A stretch of 20,000 nucleotides of DNA. It comes from an uncultured virus (IMG/VR IMGVR_UViG_3300002125_000001) (lineage: Duplodnaviria > Heunggongvirae > Uroviricota > Caudoviricetes). Under the pieces are notes generated by a model, which was given only the letters and a program-made list of their open reading frames with translations, ran no database searches and had not been told where the DNA came from. Below are positions 1-7,106 of the stretch, piece after piece (within the stretch, counting starts at the first letter, position 1; each line of letters begins with the position of its first letter). The position numbers and the translations under genes were made by a program. The stretch is from the IMG/VR virus record IMGVR_UViG_3300002125_000001. One strand, given 5' to 3'.

Positions 1-417
1 GCAAAAAGTAGCTTGTTGCATCTCCGCGAGGAGCAACCGCGAGGTTTCGGAGATGCCGTTCGGAAAAAACAGCTTTTTTAGCTTTGCATCGGCCCACGCT
101 GGTGCGTCGCGGATAAGCAACTTAATAAAACGAACCAAATAATCAATATGAGAATATAAAAACTCATGGCCGATACCTACTTGGAAATCAAAGTCTTCGA
201 TTTTATTCAACGCAAGATCAACAAACTCGGCACGTTCGCTTTCGGGCACCAACTTAATCTGATCGTCAAACTGTTTGGCATACTTGTATTTAAGCCACGT
301 ATTGAAATCAATAAGATCGCGTTGTCGCAAAGGGTATACCCATAGCGTATGCCGGTCCAATTCGTAGGGGACCGGCGATTGCGACATAGCCGATTTGTGC
401 GTGTACGGTAAGATCAT
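1..417 (-). CDS. Partial ORF running off the window edge; possible tail assembly chaperone
   Basis: Not in the ORF track. Translated by hand from ATG at 417 and open to position 1: MILPYTHKSAMSQSPVPYELDRHTLWVYPLRQRDLIDFNTWLKYKY...LKKLFFPNGISETSRLLLAEMQQATFC. Short beta-like start followed by a helical body, located in a virion module, with an in-frame A AAA AAG at 79-73. The function is inferred. Confidence 0.4.
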   Translation of the reverse strand, partial: MILPYTHKSAMSQSPVPYELDRHTLWVYPLRQRDLIDFNTWLKYKYAKQFDDQIKLVPESERAEFVDLALNKIEDFDFQVGIGHEFLYSHIDYLVRFIKLLIRDAPAWADAKLKKLFFPNGISETSRLLLAEMQQATFC

Positions 418-480
418 GTGAATTGAAAACGATTCATTTACCGTATGTATGCCAGAACGCGCCAGAAATTCAAGAACAAA

Positions 481-930
481 TTAGCATCTTCGCCGGGGGA
501 AACGCGCCGGGACCGCCTGCAGGGTAGGGACAAACGATTGTCGGCCCTGCAATGCCAATTCCGTATCCGCCATGCGCTGGGCAAGGCAGTTATTCGGATC
601 GAGCAGCATCGCCTGCTGCCCGTGCAAAGAACCTCGAAGGAACGCATCGGTAGTCATAGCATACGCCTCGCTGGCCGCGCCGACCGATTTTGAGGTAACA
701 ACGCCGGTAGATACCTGGAACTGGTGCGCCGCTAGATAAAGCGTAATCGCCTCGATCTGCTCAGGCGTATAATTTGCCATACACCCGTTCAAAATACTTG
801 TCTGGACCATAAGCGACGCGGTTTTGATAGCCATATCCAACGTCGCGTCGGCGGTCGGCGGTATGTTCGGGTACACCTCCCGTACTTTTCCGTGCGTTGT
901 GTAGGGCGGGGTCATGTCTTTCGGTGCCAT
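481..930 (-). CDS. Head-tail adaptor/connector, DUF4054-like
   Basis: 149 aa with LYLAAH...VTSKSVGAASEAY...SLHGQQAMLLDP, the pattern of phage head-to-tail adaptor proteins. Confidence 0.75.
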   Translation of the reverse strand: MAPKDMTPPYTTHGKVREVYPNIPPTADATLDMAIKTASLMVQTSILNGCMANYTPEQIEAITLYLAAHQFQVSTGVVTSKSVGAASEAYAMTTDAFLRGSLHGQQAMLLDPNNCLAQRMADTELALQGRQSFVPTLQAVPARFPRRRC

Positions 931-960
931 TGCTGCTATATTGTATGATTGGTTATTGTC

Positions 961-1323
961 CTATTTTTTCCGTTTCAATGCCTCGCGCACTTGGCTATCC
1001 TGTTCGTCGGCGATTTCGTAGGCAACGGTATCGTTCGCGTTGTGCGCATCCCGCAGCTGAATCCTAAAAAAATTGACGAGTTTATTCAAATCATCAACGC
1101 TATAGGCGGCGTACTCTTTGATGTTTTGTTCTCTTTCGCTTACCAATTTCTTCAGGTCCTCGGAACCGACGGCACCCTGAAAACTAAGCGTCCAGTCCAA
1201 TTTTCCTTTTGGTTCCCGCATCGAGGGTAGCGGACCAACCGGGACGGGCATCGCCGCGTTAAATGAGGCATTAGCGCATTGTTGCAAATGCTCAAACTGT
1301 GATATGTCTGCCAATTTTTTCAT
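961..1323 (-). CDS. Leader-family protein (MKKLADISQFEHLQ...ASFN), unknown helical C-terminus
   Basis: N-terminal LADISxFExLQ motif shared with nine other ORFs; later LSFQ motif. Confidence 0.8.
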   Translation of the reverse strand: MKKLADISQFEHLQQCANASFNAAMPVPVGPLPSMREPKGKLDWTLSFQGAVGSEDLKKLVSEREQNIKEYAAYSVDDLNKLVNFFRIQLRDAHNANDTVAYEIADEQDSQVREALKRKK

Positions 1324-1353
1324 TGTGATTCCACTAAAAATTACGCACGTCCG

Positions 1354-1788
1354 TCATATAACAAATGAATCTTGGCTGTCGTTCCAATGCCGCCTATCAA
1401 TATAATTTACGGATAATTCCAAACCTGCGATAGTACAAACAAAGTGGTGTCCGCAATGATCCGTATGCGTATCCCAATGATAACCAAGCGATATTAAATC
1501 ATCAACCAGGGCCATTTCAAATTCCAACAATTTGTGTTTTGGTCGTCGCCATAGTTTAGAAAGTAGCACAAAACCTGGATTTCCACGTCGTCCCAACGCG
1601 GCATAGTATAGCCCTTTAGTTAGCCAACATATAGGATTTAATTTGTTCAAAACATACGGCAATTTGAAATTGAATTCTAAACCGTAGTCTAAAACCACAA
1701 ATCGAAAAAACAAACCTAAAAACGCCAACTTAATTGCGACGTTAATCACGCTATGCCTACTGTACCACCATTCTTTTAAACTGTCCAT
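1354..1788 (-). CDS. Hypothetical protein with N-terminal hydrophobic segment, no leader
   Basis: ATG at 1788 lies 1 nt after the TAG of 1790..2227 (TAG-A-ATG coupling). Hydrophobic stretch INVAIKLAFLGLFFRFVVL; AT-rich. Confidence 0.6.
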   Translation of the reverse strand: MDSLKEWWYSRHSVINVAIKLAFLGLFFRFVVLDYGLEFNFKLPYVLNKLNPICWLTKGLYYAALGRRGNPGFVLLSKLWRRPKHKLLEFEMALVDDLISLGYHWDTHTDHCGHHFVCTIAGLELSVNYIDRRHWNDSQDSFVI

Positions 1789-1789
1789 T

Positions 1790-2227
1790 CTAATCCTCTC
1801 GTAACAGCTGTTGCCTTGCCTGCTCATCTTGCCAATCTTTTACAAAACCATTTCTGTTCTTTTTAATGTGTTTTTTGATGTCGCTTACAATAGGGGCAGG
1901 TATGCCATTATTTTCGGCCAACTCGACAACGGCCTGACCATTGTATTCAAGCCAAAATTTTGCTTTTCCTTCCGGCGTATAGACGTGAACGTGCATAGGT
2001 TCTGTTCTGCCGCCATGCTGTTCTTCGTCAACGTAAACAGAAAATGAAAAACCACGAAATGGCGGCGTATTCTTTGATTTGGGCGACATATTGCCGACAA
2101 CGGCACTTTGAAATGCACCTGACAACTTGGAAACTGCCGCACCATCATTAAACATGGACATTTCGCTTCGAGGCATATCCCAGTTCCCCAACGATTCAAA
2201 CATTGATATATCAGCCAACCTTTCCAT
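1790..2227 (-). CDS. Leader-family protein fused to a DUF4160-like domain
   Basis: Leader MERLADISMFESLG...MSMFN...GAFQ. The C-terminal GFSFSVY...EPMHVHVY...KAKFWL...VELAENNG...IKKN..GFVKDW matches the DUF4160 pattern. Confidence 0.75.
   Translation of the reverse strand: MERLADISMFESLGNWDMPRSEMSMFNDGAAVSKLSGAFQSAVVGNMSPKSKNTPPFRGFSFSVYVDEEQHGGRTEPMHVHVYTPEGKAKFWLEYNGQAVVELAENNGIPAPIVSDIKKHIKKNRNGFVKDWQDEQARQQLLRED
2147..2227. repeat. 81-bp leader-coding repeat, copy 1 (pairs with 2960..3040)
   Basis: Manual alignment: 76/81 nt identical to 2960..3040. Confidence 0.9.
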
Positions 2228-2259
2228 TATTCTATCTTTCTTCGTGATTCGGCGAGTTG

Positions 2260-2643
2260 TTACTCTTGGAGATACCTACGATTCCATGATTCGCATATAC
2301 GTCTTAGAGATTCTTTGAAATCTTCTTCATCGTCTTCCGCATACCATGTTACTGTTTGCATACCGCATTCTGGATTGCTGCAACTAGCGTATAATCCATG
2401 AGGATTTATTGTAAATTCCACGCCGTAAGTGCCATCTTCTTTTTTCACGCTTCGTCCACCATTTTTTCCGGGATAAAAGGCGTATTCAATACGAGGCTTT
2501 TCCTGCCCACAATTTGCGCACGGTAACAATGAAACCTCAAACGGTTCTATTAACGCTAGAATTTCGGCTTCATTTTCCAACATGCAGGCATAAAAACAAG
2601 CGGCAGAACCGGGCTTGAATTCTGGGGTCAATTTACTATTCAC
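2260..2643 (-). CDS. Lar-like (restriction alleviation family) zinc-finger protein, paralog 1
   Basis: LLPCANCG ... CSNPECG ... ESWNRR matches the Lar-family LxPCPFCG...CxxC...AWNxR signature. GTG start overlaps the end of the upstream gene. Confidence 0.65.
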   Translation of the reverse strand: MNSKLTPEFKPGSAACFYACMLENEAEILALIEPFEVSLLPCANCGQEKPRIEYAFYPGKNGGRSVKKEDGTYGVEFTINPHGLYASCSNPECGMQTVTWYAEDDEEDFKESLRRICESWNRRYLQE

Positions 2644-3040
2644 AGCTCACCTCTTCATTTTCAAATTTTACCAAACCTTCTATACTGTCGCCCCAAGTAG
2701 AACCGGAACGAACGCGGTTTATGTATTGTAACGCCTCTGCCCGGTCCGTAAAAGGCGATCCTTGTACAACAAATGAATCTTCCATCGGGTTATCTGGGTT
2801 TGTCGCAATTATATCCAAACCTTTGCCTTCCGGATTTTTTCGTAACGAAAATTTATACTGTTTTCCGGTCATCTTGCTTTTAGGCTTACTAAAATTTGGC
2901 GACATACTATCTACGATGGCATCTTGAAAAATCTCCGACAGGCGAGCAACCGCACCACTATTAAACATGGACATTTCGCTTCGAGGCATATCCTCGCTCC
3001 CCAACGATTCAAACATTGATATATCTGCCAACTTTTCCAT
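2636..3040 (-). CDS. Leader-family protein (MEKLADISMFESLG...MSMFN...EIFQ), unknown C-terminal domain
   Basis: Start refined to the ATG at 3040 by alignment with the other leaders; the track start is 3052. Confidence 0.8.
   Translation of the reverse strand: MEKLADISMFESLGSEDMPRSEMSMFNSGAVARLSEIFQDAIVDSMSPNFSKPKSKMTGKQYKFSLRKNPEGKGLDIIATNPDNPMEDSFVVQGSPFTDRAEALQYINRVRSGSTWGDSIEGLVKFENEEVSCE
2960..3040. repeat. 81-bp leader-coding repeat, copy 2
   Basis: 76/81 nt identical to 2147..2227. Confidence 0.9.
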
Positions 3041-3078
3041 AGCAGTATGCAAAAAAAGAAAAAATACTGATCAAAATT

Positions 3079-3609
3079 TTATTTCAATCCGGCCCGCACA
3101 TTGTTGTCCATATCTTCAATATCGTTTTTGAATGTTTCGTATGCCGCATCGAGGTCTTTGTCGCCGTTCTGCAATTGATCGAAAATTCTGTATTGTTTAT
3201 CCGCCTCTTGCGACAACTTGGTATGCGAGTGCAAAAACGTACCCAACGAATCCAACATCCCCTGCTCGCCCTGGGCTACTTTTGCCAGTGTCTGTATCTC
3301 TTTTTTCGGTATACTGGGAAACTGTTTGACGACTGATTTAAGCGTCCGTTTACCCCCGTTCAATTCACGCAGGGCCGAATAGACCTTTTTGAATTCGGGT
3401 CCCGTCACGCCCCGGCTCTCAAACTGTCCCATAAACGCCTCTTTTTGCGCCCGGAAATCATCGCCCGCCTGTGCCGCCTCGTAATGGAACGGCTTTACTT
3501 TTTCAACGAACCCGTCCGATAATTGCGAGTTGAAACACGACATGGGCGACATCATGCGTTGATTCGCGTGTGCCTGCAACGATTCAAATTGTGAAATATC
3601 TGCCTGCAT
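3079..3609 (-). CDS. Leader-family protein (MQADISQFESLQ...MMSPMSCFN), helical C-terminus
   Basis: Leader motif; 176 aa ORF tightly packed in the minus-strand operon. Confidence 0.8.
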   Translation of the reverse strand: MQADISQFESLQAHANQRMMSPMSCFNSQLSDGFVEKVKPFHYEAAQAGDDFRAQKEAFMGQFESRGVTGPEFKKVYSALRELNGGKRTLKSVVKQFPSIPKKEIQTLAKVAQGEQGMLDSLGTFLHSHTKLSQEADKQYRIFDQLQNGDKDLDAAYETFKNDIEDMDNNVRAGLK

Positions 3610-3613
3610 TGTC

Positions 3614-4132
3614 TTACTTTTGTTGTGCGTAGTATTGCATCGCTTCCTCTTTGGTAGCGAATTTTGGCATTTCTTTTTTCGGTTGCGCCGTCCCGCCGGG
3701 CAATTCTACGGGTTTGAAAGCGTCGCCGCCCAACAGGTACGTATTGCCCAAAAACGACTTGGCTATCGCCGCCTGTTTTTTCATCAAGCGGTCATGCGCT
3801 TTCGGATCGTCTTTAACCTGTTCGCCTTCCTGTCGTATCTCGCGGCTAACTTCGCCGACCCCGGCTTTCATAGTATCGACCGCGTTATCGATTTCCGGGC
3901 GGATCGATTTGTATGTTTGCTGCGCCTGCCGCACTTCCTGCTCGTTTCGGGAATGCCAAATATCCTGCTGCGTTTCGTAGACTCCGCGCAAACCGCCTTT
4001 CAATATCTCATAGGCGCGGTCCATCGATTGGAGCGTCTGGTCCAATTCGGGCGAATTGAAGCATGACATAGCAGATACCCCGCCACGTGGCGGGGTATCC
4101 AATAATTCGTTAAATGAATTTACAACTCGCAT
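3614..4132 (-). CDS. Divergent leader-family protein (MRVVNSFNELL...AMSCFN), coiled-coil rich
   Basis: ATG at 4132 is 2 nt after the TAA of the upstream gene; the track extension to 4324 overlaps that gene. AMSCFNS matches PMSCFNS of 3079..3609. Confidence 0.75.
   Translation of the reverse strand: MRVVNSFNELLDTPPRGGVSAMSCFNSPELDQTLQSMDRAYEILKGGLRGVYETQQDIWHSRNEQEVRQAQQTYKSIRPEIDNAVDTMKAGVGEVSREIRQEGEQVKDDPKAHDRLMKKQAAIAKSFLGNTYLLGGDAFKPVELPGGTAQPKKEMPKFATKEEAMQYYAQQK
4074..4099. repeat. Perfect 26-bp palindrome GATACCCCGCCACGTGGCGGGGTATC
   Basis: Self-complementary by inspection; the 16-bp core recurs within 11268..11287. Confidence 0.9.
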
Positions 4133-4134
4133 GG

Positions 4135-4482
4135 TTATCTTTGGGCTATTGCCTGTTCTATCCGATCCAAACGAGTATTTGTATCGCTTTGCAACCGGAG
4201 TAGTTTTGCATCTACGTTTGCAAAACCGTTCTTTGTGGTGATTTCCAAATTGTCCATTCGGCTTTCTAATTTTCCAAACCGTTCGTCTATTTTTCCAAAT
4301 CGCTCGTCCACCTGCTTCCTCCACTCAACCAATGGAAGATTACTCTGTATAGGCGTAGCTGAACTTATGGGACTTATGCCACTCGGCGCATTTTGCACAG
4401 GATTAAACGCCCCCAAACCGGAAACAGGGGCACCCACGGCTCCCAACGATTCAAACATACCAATATCAGCGAGCTTTTCCAT
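4135..4482 (-). CDS. Leader-family protein (MEKLADIGMFESLG...LGAFN) with heptad coiled coil, paralog 1
   Basis: Start refined to 4482. Heptads VDERFGK IDERFGK LESRMDN; full-length paralog at 6102..6446. Confidence 0.8.
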   Translation of the reverse strand: MEKLADIGMFESLGAVGAPVSGLGAFNPVQNAPSGISPISSATPIQSNLPLVEWRKQVDERFGKIDERFGKLESRMDNLEITTKNGFANVDAKLLRLQSDTNTRLDRIEQAIAQR

Positions 4483-4487
4483 GTTTA

Positions 4488-4910
4488 TCACTTTCGTAAA
4501 AGTTGTTCCCGGTACGCTTGGTAGCTTTCGGGCGTTAGGTTCAGGTAACGGAGCATTTCCTGCGAAGGCGTCTCCGTTTTTCTAATCGCATCCTGTACTT
4601 GCAACATCCCCTTTTCGCGTGAGGCTCGTTCGGCGCCCCAATCGTCATACGGATCATCCTGCCGGTCCCCGGCGGCGTCGCCCGTAGCGAAATCGGGGTA
4701 GACCCGCTTGATCGTTTTGGCTACATCGCGTGGGTGCATCCGACCCCCGTCGTCCAAATAAGAGAGCATATCGGGCAGGGTAGTGCCCTGGAACGCGGCG
4801 TTTACGCTCACGGCGCGCAGGCTACGGTCATCAAACGTAAACATAGCGGGTATGCCAAATGCCGCGTTCTGTTGCGTCTGTAGCTGCGAAAATAGTGGGA
4901 TACTGTCCAT
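4488..4910 (-). CDS. Leader-family protein, MDSIPLFSQLQ subtype, unknown C-terminus
   Basis: First 41 aa identical to 5366..5728; the remainder is unrelated. Confidence 0.8.
   Translation of the reverse strand: MDSIPLFSQLQTQQNAAFGIPAMFTFDDRSLRAVSVNAAFQGTTLPDMLSYLDDGGRMHPRDVAKTIKRVYPDFATGDAAGDRQDDPYDDWGAERASREKGMLQVQDAIRKTETPSQEMLRYLNLTPESYQAYREQLLRK
4789..4910. repeat. 122-bp leader-coding repeat, copy 1 (pairs with 5607..5728)
   Basis: 114/122 nt identical by manual alignment; 4789..4871 is an 83-bp perfect match. Confidence 0.92.
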
Positions 4911-4948
4911 TTCAATTTATAGGCGTTGACGTTACTACAACAGTATGA

Positions 4949-5347
4949 CTACTTACCTGTCCTTTTATTCCATGCGCTGCAGACGCGCCTTAACGCTTCT
5001 ACAAAATCGTCTTCGGTATCTTCGGCATTCCACACTCTTGTTTGGATTCGGCAATCTTCAATATCTGAGGGCGGATCAGTAGCAGCATTTCGGCAACACA
5101 CAACATACAACTCATGCGGGCATTCCTTCATGGGGATTTCGCCGTTTGGTTGCAGCTGAGTTGGGAACATATTACCGGGGCGGTACATGTAATGTACATG
5201 CGGACGATCATTTCCGCAATGCGCACAGGGCAGCAAGGTGGCATCAGCCTCGTTAATGAGGGTAGCTATTTCGGACTCGTTTTCAAGCTCGTACAAAAAA
5301 CAACGAGTACGGCCATCACAATTGCCTGTTTTTAGTTTTGTATTCAT
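4949..5347 (-). CDS. Lar-like zinc-finger protein, paralog 2
   Basis: LLPCAHCG ... AWNKR. Shares LENExEI, LLPCAxCG, QTxxWxAED and LRRxCxxWNxR with 2260..2643. GAGGTG Shine-Dalgarno-like sequence upstream. Confidence 0.65.
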   Translation of the reverse strand: MNTKLKTGNCDGRTRCFLYELENESEIATLINEADATLLPCAHCGNDRPHVHYMYRPGNMFPTQLQPNGEIPMKECPHELYVVCCRNAATDPPSDIEDCRIQTRVWNAEDTEDDFVEALRRVCSAWNKRTGK

Positions 5348-5365
5348 TATTGCACCTCATAAAAG

Positions 5366-5728
5366 CTAAAATAAGTACCCCCACTTATCAAACTTATGCG
5401 TATTTTTGAACGCGATTGCTTCTTGAGCCGTTATATTATCCATATCTTCGATATACGCTGTTTGTTTGCCGCCATCGGGGTCTGAAACGGCAATCCCACA
5501 CCTGTCCGTTCCTTGAACAGGGTGTAGCGAAAAAACGTAATGTCTGTCTGGACGCAATTCTGATAAAGAGATTAAGCCGCTCGGAAAGTTTTCTACGGAA
5601 ACGTCTTGGAACGCGGCGTTTACGCTCACGGCGCGCAGGCTACGGTCATCAAACGTAAACATAGCGGGTATGCCAAATGCCGCGTTCTGCTGCGTCTGCA
5701 ACTGCGAAAAAAGAGGGATAGAATCCAT
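5366..5728 (-). CDS. Leader-family protein, MDSIPLFSQLQ subtype
   Basis: 41-aa leader identical to 4488..4910; AAGGA upstream; C-terminal domain resembles that of 2636..3040. Confidence 0.8.
   Translation of the reverse strand: MDSIPLFSQLQTQQNAAFGIPAMFTFDDRSLRAVSVNAAFQDVSVENFPSGLISLSELRPDRHYVFSLHPVQGTDRCGIAVSDPDGGKQTAYIEDMDNITAQEAIAFKNTHKFDKWGYLF
5607..5728. repeat. 122-bp leader-coding repeat, copy 2
   Basis: 114/122 nt identical to 4789..4910. Confidence 0.92.
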
Positions 5729-5739
5729 ACTGATTTCCT

Positions 5740-6099
5740 TTACAATCGTCTCAAAATGCCCTTGCGAACTGCGTCGTTTATTTTACTCTTTACTTCACGT
5801 TCCAATTGGGCCATACTGATTTCATCGTCTGGCCGACGCGCCTTCACGCCTTCCAATTTGAACCGCATCTTTTCGCCCACCCGGTTCATCACAAGTGTGC
5901 CGATAGTGCGTCGTAGATTCTCCTGTGTCGCGAGCGGTATTTTACGATTCTGTCGTTCTCTGGGGTCTCGCCGGTCCGTAACGCCCTTCTTGCGAAGTTC
6001 GGCAAGCACTTCATTTTTTACAAACTGCTCTACTTTATTCGTTACTCGTTGTCGGACCGCCTTGTGTATAGCGGCTTCTATCGTCTTTTGTAGACTCAT
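5740..6099 (-). CDS. Basic helical hypothetical protein, no leader
   Basis: 119 aa, K/R-rich; ATG 2 nt after the upstream stop. Confidence 0.7.
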   Translation of the reverse strand: MSLQKTIEAAIHKAVRQRVTNKVEQFVKNEVLAELRKKGVTDRRDPRERQNRKIPLATQENLRRTIGTLVMNRVGEKMRFKLEGVKARRPDDEISMAQLEREVKSKINDAVRKGILRRL

Positions 6100-6101
6100 A
6101 G

Positions 6102-6446
6102 CTATCTTTGCATAAGAGCTTGTTTGATACTTGCCACATCCTGCTCCAAACGATCAAATCGCGTATTTGTGTCGTTATGCAACCGTTCTATTTTTGCGTC
6201 TACGTTTGCGAAACCGTTCTTTGTAGCAATTTCCAAATTATCAATTCGGGCTTCAAGGCCATCGACCCGCTTGCTCAAATTCTGGCCCCATTGTGGCATA
6301 GGAAGGTTACCCTGGACGGACGCGGGGGAACCGACGGGGTTCACGCCCGGCGCGTTCTCAATCGTATTGAACGCGCCCAAATTCGACAATCCGACGTTTC
6401 CGGTTCCAAGCGATTCAAACATCCCAATATCTGCGAGTTTTTCCAT
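6102..6446 (-). CDS. Leader-family coiled-coil protein, paralog 2 of 4135..4482
   Basis: Shares MEKLADIGMFESLG, LGAFN, NLP..W and DNLEI.TKNGFANVDAK..RL..DTNTR.DR.EQ with paralog 1. Confidence 0.8.
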   Translation of the reverse strand: MEKLADIGMFESLGTGNVGLSNLGAFNTIENAPGVNPVGSPASVQGNLPMPQWGQNLSKRVDGLEARIDNLEIATKNGFANVDAKIERLHNDTNTRFDRLEQDVASIKQALMQR

Positions 6447-6475
6447 AATTATCACTTCCGTAAAAGTTGTATTTG

Positions 6476-6868
6476 CTATTGTGGCAATTCGTCGGGCGAG
6501 CCGCTACCAAAACTAGGCGAGCCGATAAGGGCTGGCGGGCCGCCTGAGGGGACGCTCGGCGTGTCTGAGGACTGGTCATTCCCCATACCGCCTTTTTGCA
6601 GGTCGGCCACGGCGGTCCGCGTACCACGCATACCAGCATCCAATCTATTATTCAACTCGTCAAGAACCCCCTCAAGTTTCGCTTGTTCGGCCTCGGCCTC
6701 GGCGTCCGCCCGGAGCCTGCGAAGCGAATCAATTTGCGTCATCCAACTTTCGACGCTTGTTTTAATATCCTCAACAGTCGCGTTAAACACGGACATGGGC
6801 GACATCATGCGCCGGTTCGCGCTCGATTGGAGATTCTCAAACATTGAAATATCGGCAAGTTTTTCCAT
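6476..6868 (-). CDS. Leader-family protein (MEKLADISMFENLQ...MMSPMSVFN), coiled coil plus S/G/P-rich tail
   Basis: Leader motif; GAGG upstream of the ATG. Confidence 0.8.
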   Translation of the reverse strand: MEKLADISMFENLQSSANRRMMSPMSVFNATVEDIKTSVESWMTQIDSLRRLRADAEAEAEQAKLEGVLDELNNRLDAGMRGTRTAVADLQKGGMGNDQSSDTPSVPSGGPPALIGSPSFGSGSPDELPQ

Positions 6869-6880
6869 AGTAAATCCTCA

Positions 6881-7099
6881 TTAAATATCAATGATTTCGT
6901 TGACCGCCTCCGCGGCGGTCTTCAAATTAAACTGCGCATTCGCAATATCGACGGCGGACGGCGGATGACGACGTGCTTCAAGCTGCAACAAATACAACTC
7001 ATGTCGCAAATCGTCCCGCTTCTTCTCCAAACGCCACAGGGCAGCTTCAACTTCTTTGAGCCCCTGCTCCACGGCGTATATTCGATCTGAAATAGACAT
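6881..7099 (-). CDS. Small coiled-coil hypothetical protein, no leader
   Basis: ATG at 7099 (MSISDRIYAVEQG...) lies just after the stop of 7107..7901 and fills the gap in the operon. Confidence 0.6.
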   Translation of the reverse strand: MSISDRIYAVEQGLKEVEAALWRLEKKRDDLRHELYLLQLEARRHPPSAVDIANAQFNLKTAAEAVNEIIDI

Positions 7100-7106
7100 T
7101 ATCGGT

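Noticed and set aside
4133..4324. N-terminal extension of the 3614..4324 track ORF
   Set aside because: It overlaps the conserved 4135..4482 gene in another frame; the ATG at 4132 gives a coupled start and a leader-like N-terminus.
4789..5728. Diversity-generating retroelement TR/VR pair
   Set aside because: The mismatches are synonymous and not restricted to adenines, the repeats are at the 5' ends of genes, and no reverse transcriptase is present in the window.
6452..6478. TAG-to-Gln recoding (genetic code 15), suggested by the in-frame QIQLLRK* after the TAG
   Set aside because: Other TAG codons behave as true stops: those at 1790, 6102 and 9723 are followed within 1-3 nt by the next ATG, and the capsid TAG is followed by a terminator. 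The long genes have no internal TAG.
6108..6884. Long plus-strand ORFs (e.g. 6108..6884, 9231..9860, 12010..12753, 17069..17761)
   Set aside because: These are antisense shadows of well-supported minus-strand genes and have no recognisable motifs.
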